Origin: Kluyvera sp.
GTDB taxonomy: Bacteria; Pseudomonadota; Gammaproteobacteria; Enterobacterales; Enterobacteriaceae
Assembly (NCBI RefSeq): GCF_047971185.1
Contig: NZ_JBKDZH010000031.1
Span: 1,415 to 33,414 of the forward strand
Reading direction: 5' to 3'
DNA length: 32,000 nucleotides
Positions 21,196 to 29,660 of the stretch are shown in pieces. Within the stretch, counting starts at the first letter, position 1, and the number at the start of each line of letters is the position of its first letter. The position numbers and the translations under genes are program-made. The notes under the pieces were generated by a model. That model did no database searches, had not been told where the DNA came from, and saw nothing but the letters and a program-made list of their open reading frames with translations.

Positions 21196-22322
21196 AACGT
21201 TACCTGATTATTTTTTAATGCTGCCAAAATACGTTCGCATGCCCGGCCATCCCCGTAAGGGTTATGGGCCCGGCTCATCCTTTGATATTCTTCGTCATCG
21301 CGCAGCAGGCGCGTGACGTCATCCACAATGCGTTGGCTATCCGTTCCCACCAGCCGCACCGTACCGGCATCGACGGCCTCCGGGCGCTCGGTGGTATCGC
21401 GCATCACCAGTACCGGCTTGCCCAGCGCGGGCGCTTCTTCCTGAATACCGCCCGAGTCGGTCAGGATCAGCCACGCGTGGTTCATCAGCCAGACAAACGG
21501 CAGATAGTCCTGCGGCTCAATCAGCATCACGTTGTCGATATGGCCCAGAATGCGGTTCACCGGTTCGCTGACGTTCGGGTTCAGATGCACCGGATAGACA
21601 ATCTGCACGTCCGGGTTGGTCGCGGCGATTTCGGCCAGCGCGTGACAAATTTGTTCAAAGCCCTGGCCAAAGCTCTCGCGGCGGTGGCCGGTAACCAGAA
21701 TCATCTTTTTGTCGCTGCTCAGGAACGGGTAGCGCTGGGCGAGGTCAGCACGCAGCCGCTCGTCGTTCATCACCCGATCGCGTACCCAGAACAACGCATC
21801 AATCACCGTGTTGCCGGTGACGAAAATGCGCTTATCCGACAGATTCTCTCGCAGCAGATTCTGGCGCGAGGTTTCAGTCGGCGCGAAGTGATACATCGCC
21901 AGGTGCCCGGTGAGCGTACGGTTCGCTTCTTCCGGCCACGGCGAGTACAGATCGCCGGTGCGCAGCCCCGCTTCCACATGGCCAACGGGAATGCGCTGAT
22001 AAAAGGCCGCCAGGCTTGCGGCGGCGGTGGTCGTCGTATCGCCATGCACTAACACGACGTCCGGTTTAAACGATTCCAGAACGGGCTTCAACCCCTGCAG
22101 AATACGGCAGGTTATTTCGGTTAAACCCTGCCCTGGACTCATGATGTTGAGGTCATAATCCGGAACGATGGAGAAGAGGTGTAGCACCTGATCAAGCATT
22201 TCCCTATGCTGTGCGGTGACGCATACTTTTGCCTCAAAATGAGGATCCTTTGCTAGCGCATGGACCAGAGGCGCCATTTTGATCGCCTCCGGACGCGTGC
22301 CAAATACAGTCAGAACTTTCAC
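21192..22322 (-). CDS. wecB: UDP-N-acetylglucosamine 2-epimerase
   Basis: 376 aa, [20 protein letters not shown]..., starting on GTG (22322-22320). Confidence 0.94.
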   Translation of the reverse strand: MKVLTVFGTRPEAIKMAPLVHALAKDPHFEAKVCVTAQHREMLDQVLHLFSIVPDYDLNIMSPGQGLTEITCRILQGLKPVLESFKPDVVLVHGDTTTTAAASLAAFYQRIPVGHVEAGLRTGDLYSPWPEEANRTLTGHLAMYHFAPTETSRQNLLRENLSDKRIFVTGNTVIDALFWVRDRVMNDERLRADLAQRYPFLSSDKKMILVTGHRRESFGQGFEQICHALAEIAATNPDVQIVYPVHLNPNVSEPVNRILGHIDNVMLIEPQDYLPFVWLMNHAWLILTDSGGIQEEAPALGKPVLVMRDTTERPEAVDAGTVRLVGTDSQRIVDDVTRLLRDDEEYQRMSRAHNPYGDGRACERILAALKNNQVTL

Positions 22323-22378
22323 ATCGATTCTCTTCTATAGATGAACCGGGCCATAGACCCTTCATCATTGATGGGTAT

Positions 22379-23425
22379 TTACTGCGTGCGGCGACGCGCC
22401 AGTGCTACCCCAGCACCAATCAATCCGCCGACAATGCCCCACATCACCATCAGGAATACGCGGCGTGGGCTTGAGCGTTTTACCGGTTCCTCCGGCGTGC
22501 GCAAATATCGATAAGCCTGAAAACTCTTCGCCAGCGTCGGCCCCACGTTGAGGGTCGTCAGCATCGCGCGCGCCTGGTCGTACTCCAGGTCGAAGGCGGG
22601 CCCGACGGCCTGCAGGTTTTCCAGCCGTGCCTGCAGCATCGGACGCCCCAGTAAAGAAAGCTCGGAGTCCGGTAGTTCTTCCGCCGGCACGTCCGTTACG
22701 CTGCGGGTGATATTGTTCTGCTGCGCAATTTTCAGCGCCGCTTCAATGCTGTGCAGACGGCGATTGAAGATGGCCTGAGCGACCTCTTCCTGACGCTTCA
22801 CCTGCGCTTTGACCTGAATGGTGCGCGCGGCCCACGCGCCTTTCAGCTCATCATTCAGATGCCCGGCAGCGCGTTCGCTGGCAAACGCCACGTACTGACG
22901 CAGCAGGTTATTGGCGTCCGGGGCGGTTTCTGCGTTGAGCTTGACGCTGTCGCTCACGTTTTTTTGCGCATCGCCAGGGAGGAACTGAATGTCGTTAATC
23001 AGTTCATCCAGCAGCGCGGCATCGGCGCGGGAGTTACCCACCATCCGCTGTTTGTAGTAGTCCGTCTGCGACCAGAAATCACGGCGGGTGTCCCAGGACG
23101 CGAGCTGCATGACGAACTCTTTGTAAACTTCATCCATCACCGACGGCGGGGTGGTGGTGGTTGGGTTAACCTTTACGTCCAGGTTGCGCAGGAACTGCTG
23201 CTGTGAATAATAACCGCCTAACATGTTGACCGTTGGCCGGTCGGTGATCGCCGTAGAGCTCCATTCCTGTCGGGCGAAAAAGGTATAAATCAGCACCACG
23301 GCGGCAAACAGCACCGCAAGGCCGATAATCCAGTGTTTCCCCGACCACAACGCGCGAAACAGGCCACGAATATCCAGTTCATTCTCCGCACTTGATAACC
23401 GTGCTTCCGGTAATGGTTGTGTCAT
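22379..23425 (-). CDS. wzzE: ECA polysaccharide chain-length modulator (PCP-1 family)
   Basis: 348 aa with one TM segment near each end (WIIGLAVLFAAVVLIYTFF and VFLMVMWGIVGGLIGAGVAL) flanking a large periplasmic region. Confidence 0.92.
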   Translation of the reverse strand: MTQPLPEARLSSAENELDIRGLFRALWSGKHWIIGLAVLFAAVVLIYTFFARQEWSSTAITDRPTVNMLGGYYSQQQFLRNLDVKVNPTTTTPPSVMDEVYKEFVMQLASWDTRRDFWSQTDYYKQRMVGNSRADAALLDELINDIQFLPGDAQKNVSDSVKLNAETAPDANNLLRQYVAFASERAAGHLNDELKGAWAARTIQVKAQVKRQEEVAQAIFNRRLHSIEAALKIAQQNNITRSVTDVPAEELPDSELSLLGRPMLQARLENLQAVGPAFDLEYDQARAMLTTLNVGPTLAKSFQAYRYLRTPEEPVKRSSPRRVFLMVMWGIVGGLIGAGVALARRRTQ

Positions 23426-23438
23426 TACTACCCCAGTT

Positions 23439-24542
23439 TTACTTGGTTAATTTTGGATTTTTATCACTGTTACGGCGCATTCTGCGCTTCATGCGCTTAA
23501 TAAAACGCGCCACTTTCCAGGCTCGCTTAATACAATAGCCGTAAAGACCAAAAGCCATCAGGAACAGGATGAGCATGACCCACTCGGGTACAATGCGGGT
23601 GTATTCGGCAGCGACGCCGATGCCGGCAAGCAGCGCGGCGGCGACGGTAATAATCACCAGCGCCTGACGGGAGGTGAAGCCAGCACGCATGATCAGGTGG
23701 TGAATGTGCTGACGGTCCGCGGAGAACGGGCTCATGCCCTTACGCAGACGGCGGTACATGATGGCCACCATGTCCATGAGCGGAATAGCGACAATCCACA
23801 GCGCGGTAACCGGGCTAATCGGATGATGCGTCCCCTGGGTAGTTTCCAGCAGGATCCAGATAACCGTGAAGCCAATCAGCGTACTGCCGGCATCGCCCAT
23901 AAACACTTTATAGCGACGCCCCAGCACGCCCAGGTTGAGCATAATGTAAGGCAGGATGGCGGCAATCATGGCAAAACACCACATGGCGAGGCTGGCCTGC
24001 CCGTCAAACCACAGGATGAGACCAATCGCGCCAAAGCTGACGCTCGACAGGCCGCCGAGCAGGCCGTCGATACCGTCAACCATATTAAATGCGTTGATAA
24101 TTGCCCAGACGGCAAACAGCGTCAGGAAGAAGCCAAACGGGCCGAGCACCAGCTCCCACGAACCGAAAATATAGCCCAGGCTGCGCAGGTAAAGGCCCCC
24201 GGCCGTCATCATCACAATGCCAATCAGCGCCTGAATAGTCGCACGGATCTTAACGCTGATGTCATAACGGTCGTCCAGCGCGCCAATCAGCACCAGGACG
24301 CCAGCACAGGCCAGGTAAAGGTACGCATTAGGGATGTAGTAATTGGCCATCGCAAAAGTTAAGCAAATCCCTGCGTACACAGAGATGCCGCCCACAAGCG
24401 GGATAAGCCCCTGGTGACGTTTACGAAAATTAGGTCTATCCACCAAACCGATCTTTTTCGCCACCCTGCGGGCGAAAAAAAGAAATACGGTGGTGAACAA
24501 AAAAATACTGGTTAAGTCAGTACCGACGGTCAGTAAACTCAC
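23439..24542 (-). CDS. wecA: UDP-GlcNAc:undecaprenyl-phosphate GlcNAc-1-phosphate transferase
   Basis: 367 aa from the GTG at 24542 (MSLLTVGTDLTSIFLF...). It has the PNPT motifs GALDDRYD and NMVDGIDGL. It is the first gene of the ECA cluster. Confidence 0.94.
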   Translation of the reverse strand: MSLLTVGTDLTSIFLFTTVFLFFARRVAKKIGLVDRPNFRKRHQGLIPLVGGISVYAGICLTFAMANYYIPNAYLYLACAGVLVLIGALDDRYDISVKIRATIQALIGIVMMTAGGLYLRSLGYIFGSWELVLGPFGFFLTLFAVWAIINAFNMVDGIDGLLGGLSSVSFGAIGLILWFDGQASLAMWCFAMIAAILPYIMLNLGVLGRRYKVFMGDAGSTLIGFTVIWILLETTQGTHHPISPVTALWIVAIPLMDMVAIMYRRLRKGMSPFSADRQHIHHLIMRAGFTSRQALVIITVAAALLAGIGVAAEYTRIVPEWVMLILFLMAFGLYGYCIKRAWKVARFIKRMKRRMRRNSDKNPKLTK

Positions 24543-24730
24543 AATTTATACTCGCTGCGAATATTAATAGCGAAAGTATACCCACGATAGCTACTCATCA
24601 GAAGAGGAAGGCTGATGATTATTGGGGAAACTCGCCTGATTTATAACCGATTTTGCAAACTAGCTATTATTGTAGCTGTAAACCGCGATTGTCCGCGAAA
24701 AAATAGCGATGCCCTATCGGCGAAACTCCT

Positions 24731-24764
24731 AAAAACAAAAACGCCACACAATTGTGTGGCGTTT
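24731..24764 (-). terminator. Rho-independent terminator of rho
   Basis: The minus strand reads AAACGCCACACA-at-TGTGTGGCGTTT followed by TTGTTTTT, starting about 18 nt after the rho stop (24783-24785). Confidence 0.88.
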
Positions 24765-24782
24765 GTCGGCGAAAACCGCGTT

Positions 24783-25064
24783 TTACGAACGTTTCATCAT
24801 GTCGAAGAAATCGTCGTTGGTCTTGGTCATGGCCAGCTTATTAATGAGGAACTCCATCGCATCGATTTCACCCATCGGATGGATGATTTTGCGCAGGATC
24901 CACATTTTCTGCAGCTCTTCAGGCGTGGTGAGCAGCTCTTCTTTACGGGTACCGGAACGGTTGTAGTCGATAGCCGGGAAGACGCGTTTTTCCGCAATCT
25001 TACGAGAGAGGTGCAGTTCCATGTTGCCGGTACCATTAAACTCTTCGTAGATAACTTCATCCAT
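24783..25064 (-). CDS. rho: Rho C-terminal fragment, residues 327-419; an ORF starting at the native Met327 ATG
   Basis: [45 protein letters not shown]...KRS. Its ATG (25064-25062) directly abuts the TAA. No clear SD precedes it (upstream GATACCGGCTCT), so independent expression is only conceivable through termination-reinitiation. Confidence 0.4.
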   Translation of the reverse strand: MDEVIYEEFNGTGNMELHLSRKIAEKRVFPAIDYNRSGTRKEELLTTPEELQKMWILRKIIHPMGEIDAMEFLINKLAMTKTNDDFFDMMKRS

Positions 25065-26042
25065 TTAAGAGCCGGTATCGATCAGCGCGGTCGCGATGAT
25101 GGTCAGGCTGCCGCCCTCCTCCACGTTACGCGCAGCGCCGAAGAAACGCTTCGGACGGTGCAGGGCGTTGGCGTCCACACCACCGGTCAGGACTTTACCG
25201 GAAGCCGGTACCACGGTGTTGTAGGCACGCGCCAGACGGGTGATGGAGTCGAGCAGGATGATAACGTCTTTCTTGTGTTCAACCAGACGCTTCGCCTTCT
25301 CGATCACCATTTCCGCAACCTGAACGTGACGGGATGCCGGTTCGTCGAAGGTGGAAGCAACCACTTCACCTTTCACCAGACGCTGCATCTCGGTCACTTC
25401 TTCCGGACGTTCGTCGATGAGCAGAACCATCAGCACGCAGTCCGGGTGATTGTAGGCGATGCTCTGCGCGATGTTCTGCAGCAGCATGGTTTTACCGGCT
25501 TTCGGCGGTGCCACAATCAGACCACGCTGGCCGCGGCCGATCGGCGAGGCCAGATCCAGCACGCGAGCGGTCAAGTCTTCGGTAGAACCGTTACCACGTT
25601 CCATACGCAGACGAGAGTTTGCGTGCAGCGGGGTTAAGTTCTCGAACAGGATCTTGTTGCGCGAGTTTTCCGGCTTGTCGTAGTTAACTTCATTAACTTT
25701 CAACAGCGCAAAGTAACGCTCACCCTCTTTCGGAGGACGAATCTTACCAGAGATGGTGTCACCAGTGCGGAGGTTGAAACGACGGATTTGGCTGGGGGAA
25801 ACGTAGATATCATCAGGGCCGGCGAGGTAGGAGCTGTCTGCGGAGCGGAGGAAACCAAATCCATCCTGCAGTATCTCCAGCACACCGTCGCCAAAGATAT
25901 CTTCGCCACTCTTCGCGTGCTGCTTCAGGATGGCAAAAATAATGTCCTGCTTGCGCATACGGGCCTGGTTTTCCAGCCCCATATTTTCGCCGAGAGTGAT
26001 CAGCTCAGAAACCGGCGTATTCTTTAATTCGGTAAGATTCAT
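25065..26042 (-). CDS. rho: Rho N-terminal fragment, residues 1-325
   Basis: [25 protein letters not shown]... contains the primary RNA-binding domain, Walker A (PPKAGKT), Walker B (VIILLDS) and the Q-loop region ([13 protein letters not shown]). It ends at TAA (25067-25065). Confidence 0.6.
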   Translation of the reverse strand: MNLTELKNTPVSELITLGENMGLENQARMRKQDIIFAILKQHAKSGEDIFGDGVLEILQDGFGFLRSADSSYLAGPDDIYVSPSQIRRFNLRTGDTISGKIRPPKEGERYFALLKVNEVNYDKPENSRNKILFENLTPLHANSRLRMERGNGSTEDLTARVLDLASPIGRGQRGLIVAPPKAGKTMLLQNIAQSIAYNHPDCVLMVLLIDERPEEVTEMQRLVKGEVVASTFDEPASRHVQVAEMVIEKAKRLVEHKKDVIILLDSITRLARAYNTVVPASGKVLTGGVDANALHRPKRFFGAARNVEEGGSLTIIATALIDTGS

Positions 26043-26300
26043 AATGGTGTGGGTTCTTAAACTCGGGGTAAATCTCGAACTTAATTTGTGAATGGTATGG
26101 CAGGGTCATCCGTGCCTGTTTACGGCCATCAACTCATGTCTGTTCGCTGCCTGGTCACAGGAAAGTACGCAGAGACTGAAACGACAAGACGGAAAGAGTG
26201 ACAAGCCTGGAATTTTTCAACCTCTGACGTGGCTAAACGCGACGGGAGGTTTGGGTCAAACAAGATTCAAACAAAGGTATGTTTAAAACGAAGTCAAACT
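26043..26300 (-). promoter_or_regulatory. rho promoter and long 5' leader (site of Rho-dependent autogenous attenuation in E. coli)
   Basis: About 250 nt lie between the trxA terminator region and the rho ATG. They contain a pyrimidine-rich, C>G tract (CACTCTTTCCGTCTTGTCGTTTCAGTCTCTGCGTACTTTCC) typical of rut sites. A TTGACT hexamer at 26298-26293 (minus strand) is a possible -35. The promoter hexamers are not assigned with confidence. Confidence 0.5.
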
Positions 26301-26320
26301 TAACTTAGCACGACTAAAGC

Positions 26321-26364
26321 CGGGCGTCCAGAGTTCCGCTCAATTTAAGAACACTGAACGCCCG
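26321..26364 (-). terminator. Possible trxA terminator hairpin
   Basis: The minus strand reads CGGGCGTtCAG-(22-nt loop)-CTGgACGCCCG, an 11-bp stem with one mismatch, starting 12 nt after the trxA stop. Only a weak U-tract (GCTTTAG) follows. Confidence 0.3.
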
Positions 26365-26375
26365 AGTCGAATTGC

Positions 26376-26705
26376 TTACGCCAGGTTAGCGTCGAGGAAC
26401 TCTTTCAGCTGGCCTTTAGACAGCGCGCCAACTTTGGTTGCAGCTACTTCGCCGTTCTTGAACAGCAGCAGCGTAGGGATACCGCGGATGCCATACTTCG
26501 GTGCAGTGCCCGGGTTCTGATCGATGTTCAGTTTCGCAACGGTCAGTTTACCCTGATACTCTTCGGCGATCTCATCCAGAATCGGGGCGATCATTTTGCA
26601 CGGACCGCACCACTCTGCCCAGAAATCGACGAGTGTCAGCCCGTCAGCCTTGAGTACGTCCGTGTCAAAACTGTCGTCAGTCAGGTGAATAATTTTATCG
26701 CTCAT
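26376..26705 (-). CDS. trxA: Thioredoxin 1
   Basis: 109 aa from the ATG at 26705 ([22 protein letters not shown]...), with the active site WCGPC and GGAG about 6 nt upstream. The track ORF is extended 26 codons upstream to 26783. Confidence 0.96.
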   Translation of the reverse strand: MSDKIIHLTDDSFDTDVLKADGLTLVDFWAEWCGPCKMIAPILDEIAEEYQGKLTVAKLNIDQNPGTAPKYGIRGIPTLLLFKNGEVAATKVGALSKGQLKEFLDANLA

Positions 26706-26835
26706 ATTTAACTCCACAGGAATAAGCCTGGTGTGTTGGTGTAGCATTAACCAACGAGGTGTTGATGTTGACTTCGCCAACAAAGGTTGACGTTATTTCA
26801 CCGGATACGCTTTCTTAATGCAATAGTAAGCTGAT

Positions 26836-26844
26836 ATTCTACCA
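26836..26844 (-). promoter_or_regulatory. Candidate extended -10 promoter for trxA
   Basis: The minus strand reads TGgTAGAAT (TGn plus TAGAAT). It lies about 130 nt upstream of the trxA ATG and only 5-13 nt from the divergent rhlB ATG, so any -35 would fall inside rhlB codons. Confidence 0.4.
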
Positions 26845-26848
26845 CACT

Positions 26849-28114
26849 ATGAGCAAAACACATTTAACTGAACAGAAGTTTTCCGACTTCGCCCTGCACC
26901 CTAAAGTGGTTGAAGCCCTTGAAACTAAAGGGTTTTATAATTGCACGCCCATTCAGGCGCTGGCTTTGCCGCTGACGCTTGCTGGACGTGATGTGGCTGG
27001 ACAGGCGCAAACCGGTACCGGGAAAACGATGGCGTTCCTGACGTCAACGTTTCATTATCTTCTTTCTCACCCGGCAATGTCTGACCGCCAGGTGAACCAA
27101 CCGCGCGCCTTAATTATGGCGCCAACCCGTGAGCTGGCGGTACAGATTCACGCCGACGCGGAGCCGCTGGCTCAGGCGACCGGTCTGAAGCTGGGCCTGG
27201 CCTACGGCGGTGACGGCTATGATAAGCAGCTGAAAGTGCTGGAGAGCGGCGTCGATATTCTGATCGGCACCACCGGCCGTCTTATTGATTACGCAAAACA
27301 GAACCACATCAACCTGGGCGCGATTCAGGTGGTGGTACTGGACGAAGCCGATCGCATGTACGATCTCGGCTTTATTAAAGATATTCGTTGGCTGTTCCGC
27401 CGCATGCCGCCGGCCACCCAGCGCCTGAACATGCTGTTCTCCGCCACCCTCTCCTACCGCGTACGCGAACTGGCGTTCGAGCAAATGAACAACGCCGAGT
27501 ACGTGGAAGTCGAGCCAGAGCAGAAAACCGGCCACCGTATTAAAGAAGAGTTGTTCTACCCTTCCAACGAAGAAAAAATGCGTTTGCTGCAAACGCTGCT
27601 GGAAGAAGAGTGGCCTGACCGCGCGATTATCTTCGCCAACACCAAGCACCGCTGTGAAGACATCTGGGGCCACCTGGCGGCCGATGGTCACCGCGTAGGC
27701 CTGCTGACCGGCGACGTGGCGCAGAAAAAACGCCTGCGTATCCTTGAAGATTTCACCCGTGGCGATCTCGATATCCTGGTGGCTACCGACGTTGCCGCGC
27801 GCGGCCTGCATATTCCTGCCGTGACGCACGTCTTTAACTACGACCTGCCGGATGACTGCGAAGACTATGTACACCGTATCGGTCGTACCGGTCGTGCGGG
27901 CGCCAGCGGCCACTCAATCAGCCTGGCCTGTGAAGAGTATGCGCTGAACCTGCCGGCGATTGAGACCTATACCGGTCACTCGATTCCGGTCAGCAAGTAC
28001 AACCCGGATGCGCTGTTAACCGAGCTGCCGAAACCGCTGCGCCTGACGCGCGTTCGTCAGGGTAACGGCCCGCGCCGCTCGGGCGCGCCACGCAACCGCC
28101 GTCGTTCAGGTTAA
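26849..28114 (+). CDS. rhlB: ATP-dependent DEAD-box RNA helicase RhlB (degradosome component)
   Basis: 421 aa with motif I AQTGTGKT, motif II VLDEAD, motif III SAT and motif [12 protein letters not shown], plus an Arg-rich C-terminus. Confidence 0.95.
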   Translation: MSKTHLTEQKFSDFALHPKVVEALETKGFYNCTPIQALALPLTLAGRDVAGQAQTGTGKTMAFLTSTFHYLLSHPAMSDRQVNQPRALIMAPTRELAVQIHADAEPLAQATGLKLGLAYGGDGYDKQLKVLESGVDILIGTTGRLIDYAKQNHINLGAIQVVVLDEADRMYDLGFIKDIRWLFRRMPPATQRLNMLFSATLSYRVRELAFEQMNNAEYVEVEPEQKTGHRIKEELFYPSNEEKMRLLQTLLEEEWPDRAIIFANTKHRCEDIWGHLAADGHRVGLLTGDVAQKKRLRILEDFTRGDLDILVATDVAARGLHIPAVTHVFNYDLPDDCEDYVHRIGRTGRAGASGHSISLACEEYALNLPAIETYTGHSIPVSKYNPDALLTELPKPLRLTRVRQGNGPRRSGAPRNRRRSG

Positions 28115-28122
28115 AAAACGCT

Positions 28123-29607
28123 ATGCACAATGCTACCTCGCTGTACGCAGCTATCGATCTCGGTTCCAATAGTTTTCATATGCTGATAGTGCGCGAGGTG
28201 GCGGGAAGCATCCAGACGCTCACCCGCATCAAGCGTAAGGTGCGTCTGGCCGCCGGGCTGAGCCAGGACAACGTCCTGTCGACGGAAGCCATGGAGCGGG
28301 GCTGGCAGTGCCTGCGTCTGTTCGCCGAACGGTTGCAGGATATTCCCCCTACGCAAATTCGTATCGTCGCCACCGCGACGCTGCGTCTTGCCGTAAACGC
28401 CGATGAGTTCATCGCGAAAGCGCAGGAAATCCTCGGCTGTCCGGTCCAGGTGATCCGCGGCGAAGAAGAAGCGCGCCTGATTTATCAGGGCGTCGCGCAC
28501 ACCACCGGCGGCGATGACCGTCGTTTAGTCGTCGATATCGGCGGGGCCAGCACCGAGCTGGTGACCGGCACCGGCGCGCAAACCACGTCGCTGTTCAGCC
28601 TGTCGATGGGCTGCGTCACCTGGCTTGAGCGCTACTTTACCGATCGCAATCTGGCGCAGGAGCATTTCGATGCCGCCGAGCGCGCCGCGCGTGACGTGCT
28701 TAAACCGGTCGCCGATGAGCTGCGCCACCACGGCTGGAAAGTCTGCGTCGGCGCGTCCGGTACGGTGCAGGCGTTGCAGGAAATCATGATGGCGCAGGGG
28801 ATGGACGAACGTATCACCCTCGCCAAGCTTCAGCAGCTTAAACAGCGCGCCATTCAGTGCGGCCGCCTGGAAGAGCTGGAAATTGAAGGGTTAACGCTGG
28901 AACGCGCGCTGGTTTTCCCCAGCGGGCTGGCCATTCTTATCGCCATTTTTACCGAACTGAACATCCAGTGCATGACGCTGGCCGGCGGCGCGCTGCGCGA
29001 AGGGCTGGTCTACGGCATGCTGCATCTGGCGGTCGATGAAGACATTCGCAGCCGTACGCTGCGCAATATTCAGCGCCGCTTTATGGTCGACATTGAGCAG
29101 GCGAACCGCGTGGCACAGCTTGCGGATAACTTCGTCGATCAGGTTGCTAACAGCTGGGAACTAGAGCCGTTAAGCCGTGAGCTGCTGCTCAGCGCCTGCG
29201 CGCTGCATGAAATTGGCCTCAGCGTTGACTTCAAGCAGGCACCGCAGCACGCTGCCTACCTGGTGCGAAATCTCGATTTGCCGGGCTTTACGCCCGCGCA
29301 GAAAAAGCTGCTCGCCACCCTGCTGCTTAACCAAACCAATACCGTTGATCTGCCGACGCTGCACCAGCAGAACGCCGTACCGCCGCGCGTGGCCGAGCAT
29401 CTTTGCCGCCTGCTGCGTCTGGCGATTCTGTTTGCCAGCCGTCGCCGTGACGATCTCCTGCCCGCGATTACGCTTGCCGCCGACGGTGAAAATCTGACGC
29501 TGACGCTGCCGGAAGGCTGGCTTGCGCACCACCCGCTTGGCCGTGAGATGGTCGATCAGGAGTGCCAGTGGCAAAGCTATATCCACTGGCCGCTGGAAGT
29601 TCGCTAA
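28123..29607 (+). CDS. gppA: Guanosine-5'-triphosphate,3'-diphosphate pyrophosphatase (pppGpp phosphohydrolase, Ppx/GppA family)
   Basis: 494 aa with the N-terminal ASKHA motif [12 protein letters not shown]. It starts 8 nt after rhlB and matches E. coli GppA in length. Confidence 0.94.
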   Translation: MHNATSLYAAIDLGSNSFHMLIVREVAGSIQTLTRIKRKVRLAAGLSQDNVLSTEAMERGWQCLRLFAERLQDIPPTQIRIVATATLRLAVNADEFIAKAQEILGCPVQVIRGEEEARLIYQGVAHTTGGDDRRLVVDIGGASTELVTGTGAQTTSLFSLSMGCVTWLERYFTDRNLAQEHFDAAERAARDVLKPVADELRHHGWKVCVGASGTVQALQEIMMAQGMDERITLAKLQQLKQRAIQCGRLEELEIEGLTLERALVFPSGLAILIAIFTELNIQCMTLAGGALREGLVYGMLHLAVDEDIRSRTLRNIQRRFMVDIEQANRVAQLADNFVDQVANSWELEPLSRELLLSACALHEIGLSVDFKQAPQHAAYLVRNLDLPGFTPAQKKLLATLLLNQTNTVDLPTLHQQNAVPPRVAEHLCRLLRLAILFASRRRDDLLPAITLAADGENLTLTLPEGWLAHHPLGREMVDQECQWQSYIHWPLEVR

Positions 29608-29616
29608 ACGTCGTCT

Positions 29617-29652
29617 GGTTGCCGGAGGACGCTTCGCCGATCCGGCCAACCA
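29617..29652. repeat. REP-like imperfect palindrome between the convergent genes gppA and rep
   Basis: TGGTTGCCGGA-(13-nt loop)-TCCGGCCAACCA with one bulged base. The GCCGGA...TCCGGCC core resembles enterobacterial REP/BIME units. It probably acts as a bidirectional 3'-end stabiliser or terminator. Confidence 0.45.
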
Positions 29653-29660
29653 CCACTCCG

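Larger units (their letters stand above)
24783..26042 (-). pseudogene. rho: Transcription termination factor Rho, interrupted by one in-frame TAA at codon 326
   Basis: Track ORFs 25065..26042 (325 aa) and 24783..25064 (93 aa) are contiguous and in the same frame. Together they are collinear with the 419-aa Rho protein. The junction reads ACC GGC TCT TAA ATG GAT GAA (T G S stop M D E), where enterobacterial Rho has TGSKMDE. Gene identity is certain. Whether the stop is real is unresolved. Confidence 0.85.

Noticed and set aside
24543-24782. JUMPStart/ops (GGCGGTAG) antitermination element or a defined promoter upstream of wecA. Three TAGCTA hexamers were also noted.
   Set aside because: No ops match is present on the minus strand. 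Several weak -10/-35 combinations exist (for example TATAAA and TATACT), but none is convincing. TAGCTA is a short self-complementary hexamer that can recur by chance.
26140-26225. rhoL-like leader peptide ORF upstream of rho.
   Set aside because: The 3' part of the frame (..SAYFPVTRQRTDMS stop) resembles the E. coli rhoL reading frame as I recall it. However, the position of its ATG reads ACG here, and no in-frame ATG/GTG/TTG with an SD lies upstream. rhoL is itself only a hypothetical gene, so I did not call it.
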